A stretch of 64,000 nt of DNA from Bacteriovoracia bacterium (GTDB lineage: Bacteria; Bdellovibrionota; UBA1018; CAIPTA01), in NCBI GenBank assembly GCA_050246755.1, contig JBFWVL010000001.1, positions 224,001 through 288,000 on the forward strand. Reading direction: 5' to 3'. The notes below the pieces were generated by a model. That model did no database searches. It was not told the DNA's origin and saw only the letters and a list, made by a program, of their open reading frames with translations. Shown here piece after piece: positions 19,101-32,547 of the stretch; position 1 is the stretch's first letter; the number at the start of each line of letters is the position of its first letter. The translations under genes were made by a program, and so were the position numbers.

Positions 19101-20667
19101 TCTGTTCCGTCCAGTCGGCTACTGGCAGCCGCAAAGTGAACTTGGTCCCCTGCCGATAAGAACTATCAAAAGTAATATCTCCGCCGTGCGCCTCCAGCAC
19201 CTGGCGGGAATACGTGAGCCCCAGCCCCGTGCCTTGCGCTTTCGTGGTGTGAAACGGAGAAAAAATATTTTTTTGCTGCTCGGCCGACATTCCACCACCA
19301 TTATCGAAAATCGTCAGTTGAAGCTCGCGCTTAGCGGCATTAGCTTGCGTGATCACGCGGATATAAGAGGCTCCCGCGCGTTCCACGCCCTCGAATGCCT
19401 CGGATGCATTTTTCAGCAAATTACCCACCACTTGCACGAGTTGCCCTCGGTCTACTTCCACCGGCGGTAGCTCTCCGAGATCACAAGTGAAATAAATGCC
19501 TTTTTCCTTCAGCACCGGCTCGTAAAGATCGTGCAGCTCTTCCACAATCTCATTCAGTTGCACCGCCGAGCGCTGAAGGCGCGGTGCGCGGGCAAGATCG
19601 AGATAACTCTCGGTTACCGCAATCAGCCGATTGATCTCTTTCCGGATCGGTGCCATCGACTCTTTCGCGCGCGGGTTATCAGTAATCTGATCTTCGAGTA
19701 ATTCCGCATGAAGATTAAGCGCATTCAGCGGATTACGAATTTCGTGCGCCATTTGCGCCGCCATTCGCCCCACCACGCCCAACTTCTCTGAATGAATCAG
19801 CTTCGCCTGCGCGGTCCGCAGCTCTTCATTTTGCCTTCCCAGTTCCACGTGCGCCCGTTCTAGATTTTGCTTCTGGTCCTTAAGCAATTTCGTGTTGTCG
19901 AGTAGTGAGGAGGCCATTTTCAAGCTCTCGCGAGCCAGGGTGCCGATTTCGTCGAAATCCTGGGGAATTTCCGCCAGGTTTTTCACCGCGTTCTCGTCGA
20001 GGCCACGAGCGGAAATCCCGCGCATCACCTGGGCCAAGCTCTCCAGCGGGCGCAGCGATTTAGCTAGCCAGAGAGAAAAGAGAAAGGTCGCTAGGCCGCA
20101 GGTGGCCAGGAAAATCGCGAGCACGATGGCCAGCCGGCTTAACTGCTTTTGCACGTTGGTAGAAACCGAACGCATTTCCTGATCGAGATCCCTCACCAAG
20201 GTTTTTAGCTTCAGGCGAAAATCCGCGCGCTTAACAGAAAGCTCTTCGGCGTAGGTAGCGCGGCCTTCCCAATCGTTGTAGATCTTAGCCAATACGTCTG
20301 CGCAGGCCTGGTAGGAAACCCGCAAGCCGGAAATACCTCCGCTAAGCACCGGATCAGACGCGCCCTCGGCGGCGGCGAGCCTTCGCAAAAAATCTAGGCG
20401 CGAACTAATCACGGATTCTAGGGTATCGATCGGCCGGAAAATCCCTTCGTTGAGCGACTTATCCAAATCAGACTCGAGCAAAAAGAACGAGCTTTCCATC
20501 TGATTGAGTGCCTTGAGCGCGGGAACCTGCGAATCATTTACGGCTTCCATCCGCTTTTCGAGCTGGCGGAAGGTCCAGCTTCCGTAGCCGAAAGCGAGCA
20601 CGACCAGCACGGCGAGTAAGCCGAATCCAAGCAGGGTTTTCGCTTTTAGCCCGTAACGCAATGCCAC
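19075..20667 (-). CDS. Membrane sensor histidine kinase (2 TM, HAMP, HisKA, HATPase)
   Basis: AHEIRNPL, NLLKNA, DNGGGM, GTGLGL. Confidence 0.94.
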   Translation of the reverse strand: MALRYGLKAKTLLGFGLLAVLVVLAFGYGSWTFRQLEKRMEAVNDSQVPALKALNQMESSFFLLESDLDKSLNEGIFRPIDTLESVISSRLDFLRRLAAAEGASDPVLSGGISGLRVSYQACADVLAKIYNDWEGRATYAEELSVKRADFRLKLKTLVRDLDQEMRSVSTNVQKQLSRLAIVLAIFLATCGLATFLFSLWLAKSLRPLESLAQVMRGISARGLDENAVKNLAEIPQDFDEIGTLARESLKMASSLLDNTKLLKDQKQNLERAHVELGRQNEELRTAQAKLIHSEKLGVVGRMAAQMAHEIRNPLNALNLHAELLEDQITDNPRAKESMAPIRKEINRLIAVTESYLDLARAPRLQRSAVQLNEIVEELHDLYEPVLKEKGIYFTCDLGELPPVEVDRGQLVQVVGNLLKNASEAFEGVERAGASYIRVITQANAAKRELQLTIFDNGGGMSAEQQKNIFSPFHTTKAQGTGLGLTYSRQVLEAHGGDITFDSSYRQGTKFTLRLPVADWTEQNGEAHGRV

Positions 20668-20668
20668 C

Positions 20669-21649
20669 TCAATTCAAATAAGTCACCGGCAACGAAAGCA
20701 AATAGCCGCGTAAGTAAAGCTCTAGAATCGCCAGGTCCGCCTCGTTATTCGTTTTATCGCGATTCAAATCGAAGGCCGGAATGCAATTTTTCCCTTTGCA
20801 CTGGCTCGCGCTGGAGGCCTCGGCACAACTGCCGTTCTTCACTTCATTTGCCGGCCGGCCTACTTCCACAAGGTACGTAGTTTCGCCCACGTCGGCCCCG
20901 CCAGTTTCAAGGTAGCGCCGCGCCCAGCGAAGATCGTCCGTATTGATCACGGTGCTCAAAGCTCCAGAGCCTTCCGTGAGGCTTCCGTAGTAACGAGACG
21001 GCAGGTAGGCGCAGGAAGAAGTAGAGGCAGAGCCGCCCGGCACCGCTACCGTCACTCCGGTGAAGCTATCGCCAACGCAGGAGCTGAGCGTGCATACGTT
21101 GATCAACGTGGACCATTGACTGAACACGCTTCCATTGATCGCCACGCTCACCCGCACGTTCGCGTCTTGCGGGCAATCGTTAGACTGAGTCAAGTCGGTT
21201 CCCACCACCTGACCCACCGTAACCACGTATACTAAATTTTCTAAACTCACGGCAAGCTGTCGGCAGCCGGTACTACCAACCGGGGTGCAAAGATTAAATC
21301 TCTCGGTGGAGGATAACTGCGCGCCATGCTCCTTTGTTTGAGCAACCGCGTAGGACAAATTGCTCCCAAGTCCCGCGCTATTAGGATCGGCGGGAAGTTT
21401 TTCCAAACGCGAAAGCCGGCTATTCAAAACTTTAGGGTCGCAGCTCGACTCGTTCGCGTAAATCGTCTGCACTCTTTTAGTGGCGGCGGAAAGAACTTCG
21501 TATGCCGTTTGGCTGGCATCGAGACGGCTCACCAGCGTGGCCACGTTCTCCTGGCGCCGCGCCGCGAATAGGATGGTAAAGGCCATCAAAATTCCCATCA
21601 GCAAAACGGTCATCAAGATGCCTTGGCCCTTTTGGTTTTTTAAAGACAT
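20669..21649 (-). CDS. PilX-like minor pilin/pseudopilin with C-terminal dockerin-like Ca-binding repeats
   Basis: MSLKNQKG|QGILMTVLLMGILM class III-like signal (start ATG 21649 overlapping upstream stop); C-terminal FDLNRDKTNNEADLAILELYLRGYLLSLP. Confidence 0.65.
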   Translation of the reverse strand: MSLKNQKGQGILMTVLLMGILMAFTILFAARRQENVATLVSRLDASQTAYEVLSAATKRVQTIYANESSCDPKVLNSRLSRLEKLPADPNSAGLGSNLSYAVAQTKEHGAQLSSTERFNLCTPVGSTGCRQLAVSLENLVYVVTVGQVVGTDLTQSNDCPQDANVRVSVAINGSVFSQWSTLINVCTLSSCVGDSFTGVTVAVPGGSASTSSCAYLPSRYYGSLTEGSGALSTVINTDDLRWARRYLETGGADVGETTYLVEVGRPANEVKNGSCAEASSASQCKGKNCIPAFDLNRDKTNNEADLAILELYLRGYLLSLPVTYLN

Positions 21650-22737
21650 ACGCCACTCGCTTCTTGCTCGGAGCAACATTCCTCACCAGAGGAAGCGGCG
21701 GCCCCACTTGCCTTGCAGGCAATGCAGCTATGGGCAGAAGAGATCGCTAGGGAACAACAGTCACTCTTATTGCCCGCACTCTCGCCATTTACTATGCACT
21801 TTCTCTTTCCCTGTGCGCGCCACTGATACACTCCTCGCGTAGCGATATTCCGAAAAGAGTATTTTAGGCGCACCTCGCGTATCGTTCCGCGGAGATAATT
21901 TTTTCCGTCGGGGTGCCAGCTTTCATAGAGAAAACTCGAAGGTTTATTCTCCGTAGTGGCGCGGGTCTTTAGCTTCAGGTTGAGGGCAAAAAGCATTCCG
22001 GAAGATTGGGCCGTGGTACCCGATTGCACAAAACCACAGCTAAGCTGAGAGATTCCGAGCGCCGTGGATCCTCGGGAATCTGACTTTCCTATCCATAATC
22101 CGCCGGTTGAAGGATCTTGGTCCCCGATAACAATCTTAAGCTGCCCAGGCGTAGAGGCGTCAGCTCCCGCTTCTTTTACTGGGGCTTTGTACAGCAAACG
22201 AACCTGCAGCTTGCATCCTTTGGCGCTAACACCACTAAGCCCTGCTAAAGTCTCACAGTTTCCCGTTCCGCCGACCATGCTTCCCGATGTTTGCAGACCC
22301 AGAAGGCCAGCTGCTCCCGTAAGCGGAGCATTTCCGCCAAAAGACTCAAAATCACCTTTAAAAATCTCGAGCCCGGGATCCGCATTAGATCCCGCGTAGG
22401 TCGGCCCCAAAATCGGATCTTTCCCGATACTGGGATCTCCGGAAACCGGTTCTACCCAGGTACAACCCGACATAGCTGTACTAACGGTACCGTGACAGCC
22501 ACAGCTCTGGATCCTCACGATTTGGGGCATGATCGCATTGAGCTGAGAAATCGCGTCGGAAGAGCCTTCGATAGAATTCGCCGAACTATGAAAATAAGCC
22601 GCGAAATTAGTGGTTTGCCCAAGCAGGCTCATCAGCGCAAAAAACAAGAAACTGCCGAGCCCAGCGGCAATCAGGACTTCGATTAGCGTGTAACCGCCTT
22701 CTCGTGGCGATTTAGTCGGAATTGAGCAGTTTGGCAT
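21640..22737 (-). CDS. Prepilin-type N-terminal cleavage/methylation protein (PilW-like minor pilin) with C-terminal Cys-rich repeats
   Basis: REGG|YTLIEVLIAAGLG motif; start probably ATG 22737; tail CIVNGE...DCCS...CIACKASG...ECCS...C. Confidence 0.8.
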   Translation of the reverse strand: MPNCSIPTKSPREGGYTLIEVLIAAGLGSFLFFALMSLLGQTTNFAAYFHSSANSIEGSSDAISQLNAIMPQIVRIQSCGCHGTVSTAMSGCTWVEPVSGDPSIGKDPILGPTYAGSNADPGLEIFKGDFESFGGNAPLTGAAGLLGLQTSGSMVGGTGNCETLAGLSGVSAKGCKLQVRLLYKAPVKEAGADASTPGQLKIVIGDQDPSTGGLWIGKSDSRGSTALGISQLSCGFVQSGTTAQSSGMLFALNLKLKTRATTENKPSSFLYESWHPDGKNYLRGTIREVRLKYSFRNIATRGVYQWRAQGKRKCIVNGESAGNKSDCCSLAISSAHSCIACKASGAAASSGEECCSEQEASGVCL

Positions 22738-22790
22738 TCTGGCAAAAAGCTTAACAAGACCAAGAGACAGTGAGCAATGTCTTTGTTTTT

Positions 22791-22818
22791 TCAAGAAAAA
22801 GCGCTTCTTTGTCGATAG
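22791..22818 (+). promoter_or_regulatory. Putative sigma28/FliA promoter
   Basis: TCAAG-N15-GTCGATAG, 7 nt before ATG 22826. Confidence 0.45.
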
Positions 22819-22825
22819 TTAAGCG

Positions 22826-24649
22826 ATGGACCAGGCGAAGGAAAAACTCAAAATCCTGCTTATTCATCGCCCCCAAACGGAGGATGGCGATGTCTCGTGG
22901 ACTCGCTTCGCTAAAGCGTTGGCTAGTTTCACGAACCTCGAACTCGTGGAGTCGGATTCCTTTCTTCACGGCGATTTACCCGAGCATCCCCTCGCTTCGT
23001 TTCAACATATTTTTCTCGACTACTCACTCTGCGACTGGGCATTTCTCGATTCGTTTAGCGCAGCCCCACTCTCTCTGGTGACGAAAAACAACTTTAGCTT
23101 GGAATCCGAGGGGAACCGCGAGCTTATCGGCACGAAACTCAAGGGGCGCAGCTGCCTAAATATTTCGGACCTTAGCGCCACCGATATGGCGCGCATCCTC
23201 CACCTTTACTTAATTCCCAAACGGGTAGCCGGCGTGATTCCGCTTCTGGAAAAAAATGCCGTGATCCTCGGAGAGAAAATCCAGGGGCCCGAGTCCATCG
23301 GCTCCTCGCTGGATCGTTTGGCCACGTACCTGGAACAGATGGAAAGTTTCGAGCTGAAGCTGCGCATTCCCGATCTGCGCCAGGTGCTCTCCGCCGTATT
23401 GCTGGAAAGCTACCGCTTAGCGAAAGCCTCAAATACCTTCTATCCCACCATCGACTTTCAAGTCGGGATTTCGGCGAAGAAACTTGTCATTAACCTACGC
23501 TTTCAAAACAACAGCCTCTCTCTTTCCAACTTAGCCTCGGGCGCCCTCAATGGTACCGATCTTTTCTGGCAGCAGGCTTGGCTTTGCAGCGATCTCTCTC
23601 TCTTCACCGAGCACACGGCCCACCAAGAGCTTGAAGTTATGTTCATGCTATTTAAGCCGCAACGCGACTCCTCTGCCGTGTTTCACTCCCTGCTGCTGAA
23701 GACGCTGGAGAAAAGCGGTAAGCGCGAAAACTTACTTTCCAAGCCCCAGGATTTTACTTTTCAGTTTTTGTCCGACGTGCGCCTGAAAAAAGTAGACGTC
23801 GGCTCCGTGCAGATGGACGCGAACGAAATCTCCTCCGACATCGATCTCGGCACCCTTCCCGAGCCGGTGCAAGCCAAGCTTAAGGAATTGACCGAGAGCC
23901 TAGCTTTTAGCCAGGATCAGCTCGCGAGCCGGGAAAACGAGGTTCGCGAAATCATCGCCCGGCTTTCCGCCGTGGAGCTAGAAATGCAGCAAAAGCGCGG
24001 TGAGGTTCTCCGTTTAGGAAAAATCAACCAGGCTCAGTCCGGCACGGCCGCCAAACGCATTCGCGACCTAGAGCGCCGCCTCCAAAACCTACAGGCCCAG
24101 CAGCAGGCGGAGCAACGTGCGGTAAAAGAAACCAAATCCGACGCCGGCACGGCGGAAATATTGCCAAAGCTCGAGGCCAATATTCGGGTGCTCGAGGGAG
24201 AAAAACTACAGCTGCAGGAAAAGTTCACTTCCGAGCAAAGACGCTATGCGGCCCTCGAACAAAAGTACAATGCGCTCTACAAAGAGCTTTCCGCCAAAGA
24301 TAAGGACATCAACGAATTAAAGTCCGGCATGCTTAAGCTCAGGAAAGAAAACGACAAGAACGAGAATGCCGCCGCGGCCGCCAAGTCCGCCACCGCCGTG
24401 TCCTCTAACGACTCCGCGAAAGTAAAAGAGCTTGAACTGCGTGAAACCGCGCTTAAGCAAGAGCTTAAAAAAATGGTATTCAAAGTAGAGAATAATGAAA
24501 AGAATGTGAAGGCGATCCAAAACGAATCAGCCGAGAAAATGAAGCTTTTCGAGCAAAAACTTCAGGCAGCGAAAGCTAAGGAATTAGAGCTGCTGAAAAA
24601 AATCGACGATCTGGCGGCCTTGGTGAAAAAAGCCAGTAAGGCGGCGTGA
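22826..24649 (+). CDS. Hypothetical protein: pseudo-receiver-like N-terminus and long C-terminal coiled coil
   Basis: LKILLIH...HIFLDYSL receiver-like strands; last ~260 aa E/K/L/Q-rich heptads. Confidence 0.7.
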   Translation: MDQAKEKLKILLIHRPQTEDGDVSWTRFAKALASFTNLELVESDSFLHGDLPEHPLASFQHIFLDYSLCDWAFLDSFSAAPLSLVTKNNFSLESEGNRELIGTKLKGRSCLNISDLSATDMARILHLYLIPKRVAGVIPLLEKNAVILGEKIQGPESIGSSLDRLATYLEQMESFELKLRIPDLRQVLSAVLLESYRLAKASNTFYPTIDFQVGISAKKLVINLRFQNNSLSLSNLASGALNGTDLFWQQAWLCSDLSLFTEHTAHQELEVMFMLFKPQRDSSAVFHSLLLKTLEKSGKRENLLSKPQDFTFQFLSDVRLKKVDVGSVQMDANEISSDIDLGTLPEPVQAKLKELTESLAFSQDQLASRENEVREIIARLSAVELEMQQKRGEVLRLGKINQAQSGTAAKRIRDLERRLQNLQAQQQAEQRAVKETKSDAGTAEILPKLEANIRVLEGEKLQLQEKFTSEQRRYAALEQKYNALYKELSAKDKDINELKSGMLKLRKENDKNENAAAAAKSATAVSSNDSAKVKELELRETALKQELKKMVFKVENNEKNVKAIQNESAEKMKLFEQKLQAAKAKELELLKKIDDLAALVKKASKAA

Positions 24650-26493
24650 TGAGCGATAAATTCCTTAAAATCCCCATCTCCCGCTTCGAAGCTTCGAAAG
24701 TATTTTCTTGCGACGTCTTCCTACATCTCGTGCTGAACGGGCGTTACGTACGCCTGGCAAGCGCTGGCGACGAAATGTCTCCGGCCATGCTCGCCCGAAT
24801 GATCGAGAAGGGCGTGGCGTCGCTTTGCGTGCCCACTAACGGACAAGAAGGGCTCGATCCCAATACGATCTCCCTTTACGCGGCTCCGCCCGTTCCGGTA
24901 GAGACCATCGCTAGCATACCCACCGGAAGCAATGCGGTTGTGGAGCCCGTCCCCGTCGAAGCTTCTTTTGCGCCGAACCCTTCCACGCCGGAAGAAGCAA
25001 TCACCGTTGCCAGCACTCCCGAAGAAAATATTCCCGAGCAAACATTCAGCGCGGATAGCCCCGTGGAATTAACGTCCCAGTCCTTTTCCGCCTCCTCTCC
25101 GGAAAAGCCCGAGGAGATACACATTGCGGGCTCGCCGCCAGCCGAAAAATTGGAAGAGATTCACATCGCCGGAGCTCCGTCGCCGGAAGAGCCGGAACAG
25201 GTGTTCACCAACACGGCCGAGATTGAAGGCGAAGGAAACGATCTCCTTGCACGGCTAAAAAGCATCCTCCTGGGCGAAAAGCTCGCGAAAGAAACAGAGG
25301 AGTTTCACGAGAAGCTTTCCGCCTTGCCCGTGAAAGAGCGAAAAAAGCTTCGCCGTGAATTCACGGCCCTGAGCGAGGCCTCGGATCGCGTGAATTCAAA
25401 TCGGGTGGATGCCTCCCTCGAAAGAAAATATTCCGTCGTTTCCGAGATCGCGGAATTTCAAGCCCTCGGCACCCCCGCCGCCACGCCAGATCTTTTAGTC
25501 CGCGCTTCCGAGCGGATTGTGACGGCGCTAAAGGTGCTCGACATAGGCCGGGCGCAGCTAATCGTGTGCGGGCGCCTCATCACTGAATCGGAAGAATTTC
25601 GGGAGAGCGTAGCGCTCAGTCGCTTAGGAAAAATCTCGGGCGGACCGCCAAAAACCGAAAAAGAGAAAACCACGCTGGCCGAAGACGTTAAAAACTCCAT
25701 CATGGTAAACAGAATCTCAGAAGAGATCTTAAAATTCTCCGCTTCCCACGAGGAGGAAGAAGAGCAGAGATTTTCTCCGGAGCTCGCTTCGCTGGAACGC
25801 GCCCTGGAAACGGTTTCCGCTGGAGGAGCTCTTCCCGAAGAAATGGAGAATAGATTCTCGGCCGACGAAGAAGCAAAAGAGCTGATTACCGTTTTCTCCA
25901 GCTCGGGGGATGATGCCGCGAAAAAAATCGCCGAGCACGTGAAGATCACATCCGACCGCCGCGACCAAGCCATGGAAGAGCTCCACAGCCAACGGAACGA
26001 CGGCAGCTTGGTAAGGGCCAAAAGCCACCGCGATTTGCCGGCAACCGTCAGCCGCCTGGCGGCCTACCTAGGCTACTCGTTGGGGTATACCAACCTAAAT
26101 TTACTTTCCGATCTGGCTCTCACCGCGGTACTTCATTTTGCCCAAAAAGAAGAAGAGGTACGCTTTAGCAAAGAAGCAATTCCCCCTTTCGTCCAGGCAG
26201 TGATGGAAAAAAATGCTAGCACTGATTTTGTGGCGGGAGATGCCCAGGAAATCATTCAGGTGATCGACGCCTACATCAGTAATCCGGAATGCGACCGTCA
26301 GCAGAAGGATTTCGTAAAAAGGGTTTTCGACCAGACGCTAGAGATGCTCGCGGAAGAGTCAAAGCCTCTGGACGCGATTAATCTCGCAAAGTGGTCGAAA
26401 TTTGTGGAAAGGGGCGCCGATCTTACGGGGCACAGTATTTGTGTAAAGGCCTCGGCTAGCGCCATTAAGCTATCTAAGTCGGTGATAATCTAG
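24646..26493 (+). CDS. Hypothetical protein, degenerate HD-GYP-like with acidic Pro-rich linker
   Basis: N-terminal DVFLHLVLNGRYV...EKGVASL like HD-GYP accessory domains; C-terminal VSRLAAYLGYSLGY...DLALTAVLHF (HD replaced by HF); GTGA overlap with upstream gene. Confidence 0.55.
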   Translation: MMSDKFLKIPISRFEASKVFSCDVFLHLVLNGRYVRLASAGDEMSPAMLARMIEKGVASLCVPTNGQEGLDPNTISLYAAPPVPVETIASIPTGSNAVVEPVPVEASFAPNPSTPEEAITVASTPEENIPEQTFSADSPVELTSQSFSASSPEKPEEIHIAGSPPAEKLEEIHIAGAPSPEEPEQVFTNTAEIEGEGNDLLARLKSILLGEKLAKETEEFHEKLSALPVKERKKLRREFTALSEASDRVNSNRVDASLERKYSVVSEIAEFQALGTPAATPDLLVRASERIVTALKVLDIGRAQLIVCGRLITESEEFRESVALSRLGKISGGPPKTEKEKTTLAEDVKNSIMVNRISEEILKFSASHEEEEEQRFSPELASLERALETVSAGGALPEEMENRFSADEEAKELITVFSSSGDDAAKKIAEHVKITSDRRDQAMEELHSQRNDGSLVRAKSHRDLPATVSRLAAYLGYSLGYTNLNLLSDLALTAVLHFAQKEEEVRFSKEAIPPFVQAVMEKNASTDFVAGDAQEIIQVIDAYISNPECDRQQKDFVKRVFDQTLEMLAEESKPLDAINLAKWSKFVERGADLTGHSICVKASASAIKLSKSVII

Positions 26494-26496
26494 CGA

Positions 26497-26730
26497 CTAA
26501 GCGCCGTCGTCGCCGATGGCTTCAACCGGACATGCTGCTTTAGCTGCCTTACAGGCTTCTTCTTCCTCAGGACTCTGCGGCTGTTTCGCTACCGCAGAAT
26601 GACCGTCGGCATCATTCATCTTGAAGTTCTTGGGAGCCTCATTCACGCATGCATCACAGGCAATACACTGCTCATCCACGTAGTATTTTCCGGGGGTATT
26701 ATCAGGGTATTTGTGAGCTTTATCGGCCAT
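26497..26730 (-). CDS. Ferredoxin (single [4Fe-4S] type)
   Basis: CIACDAC...ACPVEAI; start ATG 26730 (MADK...). Confidence 0.92.
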   Translation of the reverse strand: MADKAHKYPDNTPGKYYVDEQCIACDACVNEAPKNFKMNDADGHSAVAKQPQSPEEEEACKAAKAACPVEAIGDDGA

Positions 26731-26776
26731 GGCGGCTATCCTCAAGTGCTTGCTATCTATATATTACGTTAAACCA

Positions 26777-26817
26777 GAAAAAGGAAAAGCCCCGAAGGAT
26801 TACTCCTCCGAGGCTTT
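26777..26817 (-). terminator. rRNA operon intrinsic terminator
   Basis: Minus strand AAAGCCTCGGAGGA-GTAA-TCCTTCGGGGCTTT followed by TCCTTTTT, immediately after 5S. Confidence 0.85.
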
Positions 26818-26821
26818 ATAA

Positions 26822-26937
26822 ATGGGCGTCGTGCTATCTTTGCACAGGGCTTCCCCTGCACTAGTTTTGCCGCAGACCTGCTTAACTGCCGTGTTCGGAA
26901 TGGGAACGGGTGGGACCAGGTCGCTATAAACACCCAA
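26822..26937 (-). rRNA. rrf: 5S rRNA
   Basis: Conserved CCCATTCCGAACACGG core, ~116 nt, downstream of 23S. Confidence 0.93.
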
Positions 26938-27115
26938 AGTGTTAGTAGCTAATTCTGTTCTTGATATCAAGGTGAAATCTGTAGAAGTGCGCTCTAGAAG
27001 AAGCGAATCAACAGTTGAAGATTAAACGTTTTATAGTTTCAGAAGATCAATATAGGTACAAATTCAATTTCTTGGATTTGTGTATTTCTTAGAGTCTTGC
27101 GACCTAAGAAAAAAA

Positions 27116-30118
<3,003 letters not shown>

Positions 30119-30240
30119 GATCTTTGGAACTATTTAACGAGTTCTCGCAAATACATGCGAGAACATACAACAATGAAATTGTGTTTATAATCTTCTACTA
30201 TTGACGTGCTCCCGCTTGAGCGCACATCAACAGACTTCAC

Positions 30241-30255
30241 CTTGTCAAAGAACAG
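30241..30255 (-). promoter_or_regulatory. rRNA antitermination boxA (spacer copy)
   Basis: Minus strand TGTTCTTTGACAA. Confidence 0.75.
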
Positions 30256-30299
30256 AGAGAGAATTGCTTCTCACTACAACATGCGAAAGAGAGTCAAAT

Positions 30300-30376
30300 T
30301 GGTGGGCCCGAGTAGACTCGAACTACTGACCTCACCCTTATCAGGGGTGTGCTCTAACCAACTGAGCTACGAGCCC
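30300..30376 (-). tRNA. trnI: tRNA-Ile(GAT) in 16S-23S spacer, CCA encoded
   Basis: GGGCTCGTAGCTCAGTTGGTTAGAGCACACCCCTGATAAGGGTGAGGTCAGTAGTTCGAGTCTACTCGGGCCCACCA. Confidence 0.97.
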
Positions 30377-30434
30377 CTGCTCTGCTCTTTCACAGCTAGG
30401 TAGGAAATTTCACGGTGCAAACATTAAAACTGTT

Positions 30435-31988
<1,554 letters not shown>

Positions 31989-32189
31989 AACTTAGAGATC
32001 CGATTTCTCGGATTAATCCTCGTGACGTCCCACTGCTGGGACAATCAAATTTTGCGTCCGTATCCCGTTACAGAGATACGTGCGACTTTATATTTTCAGA
32101 ATTGACGTTTGCATGTGTTGGTTTCTTTAGCCTTGAACCAGCGTTTAACGGCTGATTTAGGGCAAAAGAAACCCAAATTTCCTACCTAG

Positions 32190-32203
32190 TTGTCAAAGAA
32201 CAG
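32190..32203 (-). promoter_or_regulatory. rRNA leader boxA, adjacent to 16S processing stem
   Basis: Minus strand CTGTTCTTTGACAA; ATTTCCTACCTAG (~32177-32189) is complementary to CTAGGTAGGAAAT (~30396-30408). Confidence 0.75.
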
Positions 32204-32237
32204 AATTTCGAAGGAATCTCAATTCGTGTGTTTTGGA

Positions 32238-32266
32238 GTTATAGAGAAAAAGGTCCGCAGGCGCAA
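32238..32266 (-). promoter_or_regulatory. rRNA operon sigma70 promoter
   Basis: TTGCGC-17nt-TATAAC on minus strand with AT-rich upstream tracts. Confidence 0.7.
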
Positions 32267-32547
32267 GGCCCTTTTCATGGATTTTGCGAATTTTTTTCGA
32301 TTCTTTGCGGCAATTAAAATTTTGACCAAAAGCTTCTGTAGAGCCACTAAAATTGGCCTTTAGAGCCTGTTTTTAATACCAGAGGCCCGTTTTTCGACGA
32401 AAAAAACAAGCCCAAAAAGAGGTGTTTTTTATGACGCATTGCGCTTGGTGCGACGCGTTTATCAAAAATTTTGTCAAATTAACCACTTAGATGCCGGCAA
32501 ATTGCCCCTCCGCGGATTTTACACGGTATTAATTAAATTTAATTTAT

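Noticed and set aside
32270-32547. AT-rich stretch as a possible replication origin, ncRNA or CRISPR leader
   Set aside because: No DnaA-box cluster or repeat-spacer array seen; explained as the upstream region of the rRNA promoter.
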